From Bdellovibrio sp. (GTDB taxonomy: Bacteria; Bdellovibrionota; Bdellovibrionia; Bdellovibrionales; Bdellovibrionaceae): a DNA stretch of 64,000 bases. The DNA is taken from NCBI GenBank assembly GCA_036676395.1, contig JAKFCY010000002.1, forward strand, positions 1,344,001-1,408,000, written 5' to 3'. A model generated the notes under the pieces. It saw nothing but the letters and a program-made list of their open reading frames with translations. It did not search any database and was not told the origin of the DNA. Positions 30,542 through 40,477 of the stretch are shown here, one piece after another. Each line of letters starts with the position of its first letter. The stretch's first letter is position 1. The position numbers and the translations under genes are program-made.

Positions 30542-30571
30542 AAAAAAAGCGAGTGTTGACTCGCTTTTTTT
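30542..30571. terminator. Bidirectional rho-independent terminator
   Basis: AAAAAAAGCGAGT-GTTG-ACTCGCTTTTTTT between the convergent pilin operon and tatA. Confidence 0.88.
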
Positions 30572-30591
30572 AGTTTGATCAGTTTGAAGAA

Positions 30592-30834
30592 TTAAGAATT
30601 CTGATCTTGCTTTTGTTTTTCAGTTTGAGCTTGGTTTACGCCTTGCTTGTTCGCATTAAGTTGTTCTTGCGGACTAACATCTTTTGCCTCAGTGTCGATT
30701 TCGTTTAAACCTTGTTTAAAGCCTTTGATCGCTTTACCTAATGATTGGCCTAAAGCTGGAAGACGGCTTGGTCCAAAGAAGATTAATAAAATTAAAGATA
30801 AAATCAGAATATGTGAAAGGCTAAACTCACCCAC
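30592..30834 (-). CDS. tatA: Twin-arginine translocase TatA/E subunit
   Basis: LIFFGPSRLPALGQSLGKAIKGFK motif; AAGGAG RBS before GTG. Confidence 0.95.
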   Translation of the reverse strand: MGEFSLSHILILSLILLIFFGPSRLPALGQSLGKAIKGFKQGLNEIDTEAKDVSPQEQLNANKQGVNQAQTEKQKQDQNS

Positions 30835-30880
30835 AGTAGGCTCCTTGTTTATAGAATTGCTATCTATTCAGGAGTTCAGA

Positions 30881-31345
30881 TTACTCTTGTTCAGCTGGTA
30901 TTTCAACAATTTCAATTGATGATGCGTCTGTATTGTTGCTCAAATCACCCTGAGACTGGTCTTTAGGCATGGGCAATTCGCGAGCACCACTTGAGCGTTT
31001 AATGTAGCCCTCTTTAGAAGGTCTATTGTTTTGAATTGAGATATTGTCATCAGAGCTCGGAGCCGTAGAAGCTTTAGCTGATTCGCCTTTTGAAATCTTT
31101 TTTAGTTTGTTTTCAAAACGACTTTTAACAGCAGCTAATTCTTCTTCGTACTCTTTGCGCACTTCTTTAATTTGCGACTGTTTTTGATCAGTCACACAGT
31201 TTTTATAAGTTTCAGCAGCAATTTCTTTAGCTTTGTTTCGGCACATAAGTTCAAAAGAACCTCCGCCAACAGCAGCCATTGATGAATTTGAAATGCTTAA
31301 GATTCCTAACATTAAAACTGTTTTTAAAGCTGTGCTTTTTTTCAT
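30881..31345 (-). CDS. Secreted hypothetical protein with coiled coil
   Basis: Signal peptide ending SMA; CxxxAKE...YKNC and helical charged region. Confidence 0.75.
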   Translation of the reverse strand: MKKSTALKTVLMLGILSISNSSMAAVGGGSFELMCRNKAKEIAAETYKNCVTDQKQSQIKEVRKEYEEELAAVKSRFENKLKKISKGESAKASTAPSSDDNISIQNNRPSKEGYIKRSSGARELPMPKDQSQGDLSNNTDASSIEIVEIPAEQE

Positions 31346-31475
31346 AAACTAAACCCCATTAAATTATTTCATTAATGAAGTATTACAATTCAGGGGCCAG
31401 ATTATGAAGAATTTAAGGGACTTAGACGAAGTCCCTCAGGAAAAATATTCAGTGTTGTACTGTATAACGACGGTC

Positions 31476-32735
31476 TTAGCGACGCACTGTTTTAGGATCG
31501 ATAGCGTCTTGCAGGCCATCGCCTAAGAAGTTAAAGCTCACAACCACTAAGAAGATCAAGATACCCGGTAAAACCGCCAAAAATGGAGCCTGGTAAATTA
31601 ACTCTTGGGCATTGAATAACATGTTACCCCAGCTTGGCATAGGCGGCTGGATTCCTAATCCTAAGTACGATAAGGCCGCTTCGAATAGGATTGAATCACC
31701 CACACCTAATGTCACAGACACCAATAGCGGAGCAACAACATTTGGAAACATATGCCGAACGATGATTGTTAAATCGGTAGCGCCCAATGTTTTAGAAGCT
31801 AAGATAAATTCACGTTCACGTAACGATAAAATACTGCCGCGAATTAAACGAGCTACCGTCATCCATGAAAATAAACAAAGAATAAATACAAGCTTGTAGA
31901 TCGATTCTTTACCGCCAGAAAAAATGTTATTCACCATTTCTTGTGCTAAGTTTCCACCAGTTGCGCCGAATAGGCTTTCAGCAACACTGACTAGGCCGCC
32001 TAAAACCTTCTTAAGATCAATGGCAGCGATAACAACTAAGACTGGTAAAATAGGAAGCGATAGAAGTGAATCTGTCACGCGCATTAAGACCGTGTCGATG
32101 ACTCCGCCGTAATAACCAGCCAGCGAACCAATAATTAAACCAATGAGTGCCGATGCAATCGCCACTAAAACACCTACGCCAATTGAAACGCGGGTGCCGT
32201 AAACTAAACGCATTAAAACATCGCGACCAAGTTCGTCTGTTCCGAATAAGTGAAAGCTTTTAAAGTTATGAACCATTTTAACAAGCTCAGCTTTTTTACC
32301 AGTATCGATGGCCTTGATAGTTTCGATGGCTTTTGCTTCTTCTAAATTAACCCAGTCATATAAAGCATCTTCTGGGCGCACTGGTTGCACAAGATTTTTT
32401 TCTAAAAGCGAAGTTTGAATTTTTGCCGCTTCTTCAGGATTTTGACGGACAAAGTTTTGAATCGCTTGTTCACGTGCATCTTGTGGTGCGATGATCTTAG
32501 AAAAGGGTGGTTTGTAGCGATTAAAAACGTTTTGCGAGTCTGAATCAGTGCCTGTTGCGTATTCGATCACTGGGGCAAGGATTGCGACCAGCATGAAAAA
32601 CACAATCAGATAGGCGCCAAATACAGCGGCCTTGTGTTCTTTAAATTGGGTGTAAACAATTTGAAAAAATGTTTGTGAGGTTTCAATACTTTTAAGTTCA
32701 GCCGCCGAAGGTGGCGTATTTACTGTTTCGCTCAT
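31476..32735 (-). CDS. Peptide ABC transporter permease (OppC/DppC-like)
   Basis: HLFGTDELGRD, ARLIRG..LSLREREF, EAALSYLGLG..PP.PSWG motifs. Confidence 0.95.
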   Translation of the reverse strand: MSETVNTPPSAAELKSIETSQTFFQIVYTQFKEHKAAVFGAYLIVFFMLVAILAPVIEYATGTDSDSQNVFNRYKPPFSKIIAPQDAREQAIQNFVRQNPEEAAKIQTSLLEKNLVQPVRPEDALYDWVNLEEAKAIETIKAIDTGKKAELVKMVHNFKSFHLFGTDELGRDVLMRLVYGTRVSIGVGVLVAIASALIGLIIGSLAGYYGGVIDTVLMRVTDSLLSLPILPVLVVIAAIDLKKVLGGLVSVAESLFGATGGNLAQEMVNNIFSGGKESIYKLVFILCLFSWMTVARLIRGSILSLREREFILASKTLGATDLTIIVRHMFPNVVAPLLVSVTLGVGDSILFEAALSYLGLGIQPPMPSWGNMLFNAQELIYQAPFLAVLPGILIFLVVVSFNFLGDGLQDAIDPKTVRR

Positions 32736-32748
32736 TTTCTTTATCCTC

Positions 32749-33720
32749 TTACTTGTACGAGATTCTTGGATCTGCAGCGCCGTACAACAAGTCAGCGACT
32801 AAGTTCATTAGTAAAACCATAGCAATAGAAATAATAAAACTAATCATGGCCACGTTAAAATCATTACCGATGATTGATGTGTAAATTAAGCGTCCGACAC
32901 CCGGGTAGGCAAATAACGACTCAGTGATAAGTGCTCCTGAAAACACCGACGAGAAGCTGATCGCAACGATTGTGATTAACGGGATTAAAGCATTTCTAAA
33001 GCCATGCTTCCAGATCACCACTTGTTCAGACATCCCTTTGGCGCGTGCAGTGCGGATGAAATCGTTTCTCATCGCTTCAACCATGGCTGATCTTGAAAAG
33101 CGCGAAAAACGGCCGATCGATTGAACTGATAGTGATAAAATGGGTAAAATTAAATATTTGGCTTTATCTAATAACTCTTCAAAAATGTTATTATAGTGCA
33201 TACCCGTTGTTTGATAACCACCAGCTGGTAACCAGCCAAGACCTACAGAGAAAATAATAATTAAAACAATACCTAAAAAGAATGAAGGAATCGAGATTCC
33301 CCCGAAATTGAAAATATTAACCAAATAATCCATTTTAGAATTTGGTTTTAAAGCACAGTAGATGCCCAGCGGAATTCCTACCATAATAGCAAAAAGCAGC
33401 GACCCCATTGATAATACAAAAGTCGCTTTAAGTGATGGTCCCATCATCTCGGTTACGGGAATGCGGTAAGTGCGTGAATAACCAAGATCGCCTTTGGCGA
33501 TTTCAGATACCCAGTTAAAATAACGAACATAAGTCGGTTGGTCTAAACCGTAGAAAGCTCTTAAACGAACAACATCTTCTTGAGTGATTTTAGGATTAGC
33601 AGAAATCATTAATTCAATCGGGTCACCCGGCATTAATGTCATCAAGCTAAAGCAAACGTAAGACAAGATAACGATGACCATTAATGTCTGTAGAATGCGG
33701 CGAAGTATGTATGTAGTCAT
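32749..33720 (-). CDS. Peptide ABC transporter permease (OppB/DppB-like)
   Basis: MPGDP, GDLGYS, DFIRTARAKG, ADPRI motifs. Confidence 0.95.
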   Translation of the reverse strand: MTTYILRRILQTLMVIVILSYVCFSLMTLMPGDPIELMISANPKITQEDVVRLRAFYGLDQPTYVRYFNWVSEIAKGDLGYSRTYRIPVTEMMGPSLKATFVLSMGSLLFAIMVGIPLGIYCALKPNSKMDYLVNIFNFGGISIPSFFLGIVLIIIFSVGLGWLPAGGYQTTGMHYNNIFEELLDKAKYLILPILSLSVQSIGRFSRFSRSAMVEAMRNDFIRTARAKGMSEQVVIWKHGFRNALIPLITIVAISFSSVFSGALITESLFAYPGVGRLIYTSIIGNDFNVAMISFIISIAMVLLMNLVADLLYGAADPRISYK

Positions 33721-33744
33721 CGATCGGTTCCTATATGAGAAAAT

Positions 33745-33778
33745 AAAAAGGACAACCGATGGCTCGGTTATCCTTTTT
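33745..33778 (-). terminator. Intercistronic hairpin after the substrate-binding gene
   Basis: Minus strand AAAAAGGATAACCGA-GCCA-TCGGTTGTCCTTTTT; the internal pair is a U-G wobble only on the minus strand. Confidence 0.7.
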
Positions 33779-33791
33779 GTAATGTATCAAA

Positions 33792-35516
33792 TTACTCTAA
33801 ATTCCAAAGTTCAACTACGTTAGTCTCTGGAAATTGGTGGCCAGTTAAACGGTAACCTTTTAATTGGTTAGGAATAACGGCAACGTCAGAACGGTAGTAT
33901 AAAGGTAAAACCGGCACTTCATCAGTGTAAGCTTTTAAAACTTCATGAACCATTTCAATACGTTTTTCGTTTTTCATTTCTGTATCTAAAGCTTCTAAAG
34001 TTTTATCAACAGCAGCGTTTGACCAACCCATGTAGTTTTGGCCAGACCAACCGTTTTTAGCAGTAGGAATGTTTTTAGAAGAGAAAGTTGATTTAGGTGT
34101 ATTTTCTGGAGAAGAAACCCAGGCAAATAAAGCCATAGAATCAAACGCACGTTTTTTCGTCGTTTCACCGAAGAATACGCGAGCTGGTTCATTTTTAGCA
34201 TTCACTTCGATACCAACTTGTTTCCATTGGTTTTGTAAGTAAACCTGAACTAATTCACGAGTTTTGTTACCCGCAGTAGTCATCACCGTGAAAGATAGGC
34301 GTTTACCGTCTTTAACGCGGATGCCATCAGCACCTGGTTTCCAACCGGCTTCGTCTAATAAACGTTCAGCTTCACGTTTATTGTATTTGTAGATAGTTAC
34401 TTTAGCAGGGTCAGCAGTAAACCATGGATCACGCGGAGTGATAGAGTGGATCGCAGGTTGTTGTTTCCCTTCAAATAACGCGTTTGTTAGATCTTCTTTG
34501 TTGATCGCAAAGTTTAATGCTTTACGAACGCGAACATCTTTTAAGAAAGCGTTATCTAAGTTTAAATCAATGTGCTCATACACAGTCGAAGGTTGGAACA
34601 AGACTTGGTAGCCTAAACCTTCAGATTTGATTTTTTTCTCGAAAGCTAAGGCTTGGTCTAAAGCTAAACCTAAAGTCGAAATTAAATCGATTGTACCTGA
34701 ACGTAGGTTGGCTTCAAGAGTTCCTGTGTTCGGGATAAGTTTAACGATAATTTTTTTGATTTTTGCTTGTTCGCCGTAGAATTTAGGATTCGGAACGAAC
34801 GTAACATGGTCACCTAATTGAATTTCAGAAATTAAGTAAGGACCATTGAAAAGGCCAACGTTAGTTGGATCTTTAGAATATAAAGAGTTCTTTTCGTAAC
34901 CTTCTTTTTGAGTGCCGTGTTTTTTAAATACAGCTTCTTCTAAGGCTTTAGGAAGCGGGTAGAATGTACCCATCATGTAGAAATCCCATTTAGCTTTGTC
35001 ATATGTGAATAAGCATTTTTTAGGGTTTTTATCTACTAGTTCGATTTTTTCAACTTGAGTGTAAACTTCTTTTTCGCCTACGCCAACGTTAGGAGAAGAA
35101 GCGATTTTAACTGCTAAGGCGAAATCATCACAAACAACCGGAGTGCCGTCGCCCCAAACTGCATTGTCTAATAACTCCCAAGTAGCTTGCAATTTTTCTT
35201 TGCCGCCAACTTTGATCACTTTTGCTGTGCCGTTTTCGATTGAAGGGATAGATTTCGCTAATTGCGGAACCCATTTGCCGTCAGCATCGATAACTACTAA
35301 AGTTCTGTTAACCATACGTTGCATATAAGTTGTTGCCAACATTGATGCGATTAATGGATTAAAGTTTTCGAACTCTTGCGAGATACCGATTTTTAATTCG
35401 TTGTTTGTAAGCTTTGCTTCGCCTTGAGCTTGTACGTCCGCTGTTTGACCAGCGTCTTTTTTAGTACAAGCAGCAACTAACATTGCTACTACTAAAAGAC
35501 CCGTTAAATTTTTCAT
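33792..35516 (-). CDS. Peptide ABC transporter substrate-binding lipoprotein (family 5)
   Basis: Lipobox VAAC; PQLAKSIP, WGDGTPV, NGPY, DVRVRKAL, LLDEAGW motifs. Confidence 0.95.
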   Translation of the reverse strand: MKNLTGLLVVAMLVAACTKKDAGQTADVQAQGEAKLTNNELKIGISQEFENFNPLIASMLATTYMQRMVNRTLVVIDADGKWVPQLAKSIPSIENGTAKVIKVGGKEKLQATWELLDNAVWGDGTPVVCDDFALAVKIASSPNVGVGEKEVYTQVEKIELVDKNPKKCLFTYDKAKWDFYMMGTFYPLPKALEEAVFKKHGTQKEGYEKNSLYSKDPTNVGLFNGPYLISEIQLGDHVTFVPNPKFYGEQAKIKKIIVKLIPNTGTLEANLRSGTIDLISTLGLALDQALAFEKKIKSEGLGYQVLFQPSTVYEHIDLNLDNAFLKDVRVRKALNFAINKEDLTNALFEGKQQPAIHSITPRDPWFTADPAKVTIYKYNKREAERLLDEAGWKPGADGIRVKDGKRLSFTVMTTAGNKTRELVQVYLQNQWKQVGIEVNAKNEPARVFFGETTKKRAFDSMALFAWVSSPENTPKSTFSSKNIPTAKNGWSGQNYMGWSNAAVDKTLEALDTEMKNEKRIEMVHEVLKAYTDEVPVLPLYYRSDVAVIPNQLKGYRLTGHQFPETNVVELWNLE

Positions 35517-36523
35517 GACAACTCCTTTTGTGTCGTTGAATTTAGTTTATAATGGCATGCAGCTTGGTGGCCGATTTCTCCTGTCAGCTCAGGTCTATCC
35601 GTAACACATTTATCCTGTTTATAAGGGCAACGTGGATGGAAAGAACAACCCGATGGCGGATTAATCGGCGATGGAATTTCGCCGGTTAAAATTTTGGCCA
35701 TTTTCTTTTTACCGGTGCCGATAGATGGAATAGATCCAAGTAAGGCATGAGTGTAGGGATGGTGCGGGTTTTTAAATAACTCTTCGCGTGTTGTTAATTC
35801 AACGATACGGCCTAAGTACATCACCGCTACGCGGTCACAAACATGCTCGATCACTGACAAATCATGCGAAATAAAAATATAAGTTAAACCTAAGCGCTCT
35901 TGTAAATCTTTAAGCAGATTTAAAATCTGTGCCTGAATTGAAACGTCTAAGGCCGAAACCGGTTCATCACAGATAATTAATTTTGGATCTAAGGCGATGG
36001 CCCGCGCGATCGAAATACGTTGGCGTTGGCCGCCAGAGAATTCATGCGGGTAGCGATTGATGTGTGATGGGCGCAAACCCACAAGTTCTAATAATTGCTG
36101 AACGCGTGCTGTGCGCTCTTTAGGGCCTAAGATATTGTGAATCACGAAGGGTTGTTCGATAATTTGACCAACAGTCATGCGTGGATCTAAAGACGCATAA
36201 GGATCTTGAAAGATCATTTGAATGTCTTTGCGGGCTGCACGTAAATCTTTACCAGAAGCATCTAAAAAGTTTTTATGTTCAAATTCGATTTGGCCGGCAG
36301 TTGGTTCGTAGAGACGAATCAGTGTTCTGCCTAAAGTTGATTTGCCGCAGCCTGATTCGCCAACTAAACCTAAAGTTTCACCTTTGCGAACTGTTAAGCT
36401 TACATCGTCGACAGCTTTTACATCCGCCACGTGACGCAAAAAGAATCCCTTTTTTATAGGAAAATATTTTTTGATATTTTTTGCGACTAAAATGTTTTCT
36501 GAAAGCTTTGAATCACTCATCAT
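35513..36523 (-). CDS. Peptide ABC transporter ATPase (OppF/DppF-like)
   Basis: [35 protein letters not shown]-terminal Cys cluster. Confidence 0.96.
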   Translation of the reverse strand: MMSDSKLSENILVAKNIKKYFPIKKGFFLRHVADVKAVDDVSLTVRKGETLGLVGESGCGKSTLGRTLIRLYEPTAGQIEFEHKNFLDASGKDLRAARKDIQMIFQDPYASLDPRMTVGQIIEQPFVIHNILGPKERTARVQQLLELVGLRPSHINRYPHEFSGGQRQRISIARAIALDPKLIICDEPVSALDVSIQAQILNLLKDLQERLGLTYIFISHDLSVIEHVCDRVAVMYLGRIVELTTREELFKNPHHPYTHALLGSIPSIGTGKKKMAKILTGEIPSPINPPSGCSFHPRCPYKQDKCVTDRPELTGEIGHQAACHYKLNSTTQKELS

Positions 36524-36529
36524 AGTCTC

Positions 36530-37525
36530 CTATTGTGGTACTGGGTTAAAGCACGCAACTGATTGTTCGCGGCCACTTGAGTTTGTAAATGGAAGCATTG
36601 GCGGTTTGTTCGTCCAGCATTCAGTTTTTACACGGGCGCAACGAGTTGCGAACGGGCAGCCACTCGGTAATTCATGCGGTGCCGGAACCGAGCCTTCAAT
36701 TGTTTTTAAACGTTTTGAATGCGTGCCAATGCGTGGACGAGATTCGATTAATGCAGCAGTGTAGGGGTGACGCGGAGAAGTTAATACATCTTGGGTATTC
36801 CCTTTTTCGCACATTTGACCGCCATACATCACTAACACATTATCTGACACTTCAGAAATAACACCCAGATCATGAGTGATAAACTGAACTGACATATTCA
36901 TTTTTTCTTGTAAGCTTTGGAATAATTCTAAAATTTGCGCCTGAATCGTTACATCGAGAGCTGTTGTAGGTTCATCGGCAATCAACATAACCGGGTTGCA
37001 TGATAAAGCCATAGCGATCATCGCGCGCTGGCGCATACCACCTGATAAATGATGAGGGTATGAAGTATAACGTTCAGCTGCCGATGGAATGCCCACTAAT
37101 TGCAGCATTTCGATCGCACGGTCACGAGAATCTTTAGCGTTTAATTTTAAATGTTTTTGGATTTGTTCATCCATTTGATAACCGATGGTTAACACTGGAT
37201 TTAAAGCGGTCATAGGTTCTTGAAAAATCATCGCCATTTTTCCGCCGCGGATGGCTTCCATTTGTTGTGGCGTTTGTTTAACCAGATCAACGCTTCCCAT
37301 ACCTGGAGCTGTTAAAATAGCAGAACCGTGAGTGATTTTTCCTGGTGTGGCTACGAGTTGCATTAATGAAAAAGAAGTTACGGATTTACCGCAACCAGAT
37401 TCGCCAACGATACCTAAAGTTTCGCCTTTGCCGATATCATAAGAAATACGGTTAACCGCGTGAAATGGGCCGGTTTTTAAAAAAAATGTGGTCTCAAGTT
37501 CGCGAACTTTTAAAACGGGTTCCAA
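36530..37525 (-). CDS. Peptide ABC transporter ATPase (OppD/DppD-like)
   Basis: [38 protein letters not shown] start. Confidence 0.96.
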   Translation of the reverse strand: MEPVLKVRELETTFFLKTGPFHAVNRISYDIGKGETLGIVGESGCGKSVTSFSLMQLVATPGKITHGSAILTAPGMGSVDLVKQTPQQMEAIRGGKMAMIFQEPMTALNPVLTIGYQMDEQIQKHLKLNAKDSRDRAIEMLQLVGIPSAAERYTSYPHHLSGGMRQRAMIAMALSCNPVMLIADEPTTALDVTIQAQILELFQSLQEKMNMSVQFITHDLGVISEVSDNVLVMYGGQMCEKGNTQDVLTSPRHPYTAALIESRPRIGTHSKRLKTIEGSVPAPHELPSGCPFATRCARVKTECWTNKPPMLPFTNSSGREQSVACFNPVPQ

Positions 37526-37546
37526 TGCGCTATTCCCTCATTGTTA

Positions 37547-37578
37547 AACAAGAAGTACCTATAAAGGGACTTCTTGTT
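37547..37578. other. Inverted repeat between sohB and the peptide ABC operon
   Basis: AACAAGAAGTaCCT-ATAA-AGGgACTTCTTGTT; could be a terminator or leader hairpin. Confidence 0.5.
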
Positions 37579-37657
37579 GTGCTTTTAGTACATTAACTCC
37601 AGCTATAAATAAAGCAGCCATGACGTTAATGCGTAGCAGAATCAGTTGTTTCACTGA

Positions 37658-38686
37658 TTAAGCTCTTGTCTCTAGGCTTTGTTTTTTAGCAGCAAAATGA
37701 CTAATTAGTTTGTCGATAGTTAAAGAAACACTTTTACTTAAGGCGCCTGAAATCTTGTCAGACAGGCTTGGTTTTTTCTCGCAAGAAACTTTTAAAACTT
37801 TGTGAGTTTTAGTTTTGTTCAAGATGTAATCATCGCTTGTTTGAATTTTATCAACTAAGTTTAATTCCAAAGCAGTTTGACCATACCAGTATTCGCCCGT
37901 GGCCACTTTTTCCATGTCTAATTGCGGGCGGTATTTGCCTACAAAGCCTTTAAATAGAAGGTGAGTGATCTCAAGCTGTTCGCGAAATTTAGCTTCACCT
38001 TTTTCAGTGATTTCGCCAAAGATGCTGACGGTGCGTTTGTAGTCTCCGGCTGTGTATTCTTTGTATTCAACATCGTGTTTTTTAAGCAGTCGGTTGAAGT
38101 TCGGAACTTGAGCGACAACGCCGATTGAGCCGATGATCGCAAAAGGGGATGCAATGATTTTATGAGCTACACAAGACATCAGGTAGCCACCGCTGGCCGC
38201 CACTTTGTCTACACAGACAGTCACTTGTAAGCCAGCTTCACGCAGGCGCAAAATTTGAGCGGCTGCTAAGCCATAGCCGTGCACGACGCCGCCGGGGCTT
38301 TCGATACGTAAGATCACTTCGTCGTCTTTTTGTGCCACAGTTAACACAGCATTGATTTCTTCTTTTAAATGTTCAACCGAAGAGGCTTCGACGTCGCCTT
38401 TAAGAAAGTCGATTAAGTAACTGTATTTTTTTGGATTTTTATCTTCTTCTTTAGCTTCTTTTTTTAAGCGCTTTTTTTCTTTTTTAAAATCGGCATCTGT
38501 CAGGATGATTGAATTTAAAGCTTCTTTTTGTTCATCGATTTTGTCGTTGATGATTTCAACTTCAAAAGCTTTGGCCATTTTTGTTTTAACTGCGGCGCCG
38601 GCAATTGTTAAAATTACGGCTACGATCGCTAAAACTATAATCAGTGTTTGTCCGAAGAATAAACCTAATTGCTGAAGAATTTCCAT
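37658..38686 (-). CDS. sohB: S49 peptidase SohB (start ATG 38686)
   Basis: ESPGGVVHGYGLAA, DKVAASGGY, GSIGVVAQ.PNF, TAGDYKRT, VATGEYW motifs. Confidence 0.95.
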   Translation of the reverse strand: MEILQQLGLFFGQTLIIVLAIVAVILTIAGAAVKTKMAKAFEVEIINDKIDEQKEALNSIILTDADFKKEKKRLKKEAKEEDKNPKKYSYLIDFLKGDVEASSVEHLKEEINAVLTVAQKDDEVILRIESPGGVVHGYGLAAAQILRLREAGLQVTVCVDKVAASGGYLMSCVAHKIIASPFAIIGSIGVVAQVPNFNRLLKKHDVEYKEYTAGDYKRTVSIFGEITEKGEAKFREQLEITHLLFKGFVGKYRPQLDMEKVATGEYWYGQTALELNLVDKIQTSDDYILNKTKTHKVLKVSCEKKPSLSDKISGALSKSVSLTIDKLISHFAAKKQSLETRA

Positions 38687-38835
38687 AAAGTTCCTTTGCC
38701 TGATTCTCAATTTCATTGAGGCTGATGCGAAAAGTTACTGTAAAACTGAACCAAGATAAAGACAAAAGTCGGGAAATGACGTGAAATTATGCGAGATATG
38801 ACGCTAAGTTTTAGTAAATATGAGATAAATATGGG

Positions 38836-39591
38836 GTGAGATATTTGCTCTTACTTCTTAGCTGTATAATTTTTAGTATGAAATGCTTGGCCTACGATCA
38901 GGAATTAGCTGATCGTTTAAAGGAAGAGCTTCAGCATGAAACCAATCGCCGCAAAGCTTATACAGAATTTCAAGACGAAAAGAAAAAAACTGAAAAAGAA
39001 CAAAATAAAGGTTTAGCTCTCTGGATTGAAGAGCAAGAGCAATGGGATTCAACCCGTGAAAAATCTGTTTTCGAATACAAAAAAAATAAACGTCCAACGC
39101 CACAAGAATTTTCTAAAGAGTACTATGCTGACTTGGCTGAAAAAGAACGCGGTCAGCGTGTTGTTGAAGAAGGTCGCAAACAACACATTCAAATTAAGAA
39201 AAATATCATCGCGCAATATCAGCCCAAAGATGTGGTCAGCGAAGAAGAAGAATTAGCGATTTTTAATCAGCGCCCACGTTATGATTTACGTAAACGTGGC
39301 CGTAATAAATGGACTAAATCTGGCGCAGGCATCGGCGGAGGCCAAAGTGGGGCTTCTTCGGGCGGGTATAATAGCGGCGGTTTTCAGGGCGGCGGTGATA
39401 GTTTTGATTTCCCACCACCTCCACCAGCTGATTTCGGTAATGTTCCACAGGATAATTTCGATGATTTTCCGCCACCACCACCTCCGACATCAGATTTTGG
39501 TAATGCGCCAGGAATGTATGATTCGGGTTTTGGTGATGCGCCAATTCCGCCACCACCGCCTCCTCCACCAGAAGGTGGATGGGACTTCTAG
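38836..39591 (+). CDS. Secreted coiled-coil protein with Gly/Pro-rich acidic tail
   Basis: Signal peptide, charged helical region, three poly-Pro runs, ends GGWDF. Confidence 0.8.
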   Translation: MRYLLLLLSCIIFSMKCLAYDQELADRLKEELQHETNRRKAYTEFQDEKKKTEKEQNKGLALWIEEQEQWDSTREKSVFEYKKNKRPTPQEFSKEYYADLAEKERGQRVVEEGRKQHIQIKKNIIAQYQPKDVVSEEEELAIFNQRPRYDLRKRGRNKWTKSGAGIGGGQSGASSGGYNSGGFQGGGDSFDFPPPPPADFGNVPQDNFDDFPPPPPPTSDFGNAPGMYDSGFGDAPIPPPPPPPPEGGWDF

Positions 39592-39598
39592 TTAACAG

Positions 39599-40339
39599 CT
39601 AGTTGTTAACTTTGGGTTCGACAACTTCTTTAATAAAAAGATCATTGGTTGTCAGTCCCGTAAGTGCGGTCATTTTTCTGAATGTGTAATATAGAATTGC
39701 GCCTAAAAAGATGATCGACGGGATCAAAATCACTAACAGCGAATACATCGTCATCTGGCCTAACTGTTGATTTAGCAAATCTTGTTTTTGTTCGGTCGTC
39801 AGAGTCTCGGCAAGTGGCGTAAAAATTTTCAATGCCAGAAAAAAGTTTAAAAGTGCACTCATTAAAAATGACAGCGATAACAATTGTGTCGATTTTTGCA
39901 TTAGGTTTTTAAAATCTTGCTCTTTGCTTGTTTCAGTAATTTTTGCCTGAATTTTATCAACATCAAAAGCGGCTGGATTTAAAAATAACGATTCGAAAAA
40001 CGGGCTTTTGCCATAACTAGAAAATAAAACAAACACGCCGATCAGCAGAGGAAAAAGTGCTTCTTTAACGGCAAACCAAATTCCACCCAGAGCCATTAAT
40101 GATAAGGTTCCTGAAATTAAAATATTCAATAAACCTAAAAGTGAAATAAAATCCATTTTTTTATTTTTAAAAATAGAATAAATCCCTGAACACAGCGGCA
40201 GGGCTAATGCTAAAACAAGTGCGTTGGCTGGGGTTAAGCCCCATTTGCTGCCTTTATTTAAAATATAAACCGGTAAAATAATATTTACCAAGATATGTGA
40301 AAAGCCTGTGTTGGTGCTAGATTTTGCTTTGGTTGCCAT
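39599..40339 (-). CDS. VC0807-like / septation-protein-like membrane protein
   Basis: NIILPVYIL, ALALP, WFAVKEA.FP, SALLNFFLA pattern; several TM segments. Confidence 0.7.
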   Translation of the reverse strand: MATKAKSSTNTGFSHILVNIILPVYILNKGSKWGLTPANALVLALALPLCSGIYSIFKNKKMDFISLLGLLNILISGTLSLMALGGIWFAVKEALFPLLIGVFVLFSSYGKSPFFESLFLNPAAFDVDKIQAKITETSKEQDFKNLMQKSTQLLSLSFLMSALLNFFLALKIFTPLAETLTTEQKQDLLNQQLGQMTMYSLLVILIPSIIFLGAILYYTFRKMTALTGLTTNDLFIKEVVEPKVNN

Positions 40340-40477
40340 AGGATGACGATTGTCATCTGATCATTGATTTAACGTCAATGACTTAAAATAATTCTGCTTT
40401 TATTTTAAGCTTTACGCGCTACGAGATTGCAAAGCGTGAAAGGTCGAGATTCAATTGTGGCATAGGAGAGTTTCAAC

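Noticed and set aside
31416..37572. AGGGACTT in hairpins at both ends of the peptide ABC operon (31416 and 37565) as mobile-element ends
   Set aside because: Only an 8-bp match that also occurs at 3182; no transposase or target-site duplication.
40364..40378. FNR box
   Set aside because: TTGAT-N5-GTCAA has the wrong spacing; FNR needs N4.
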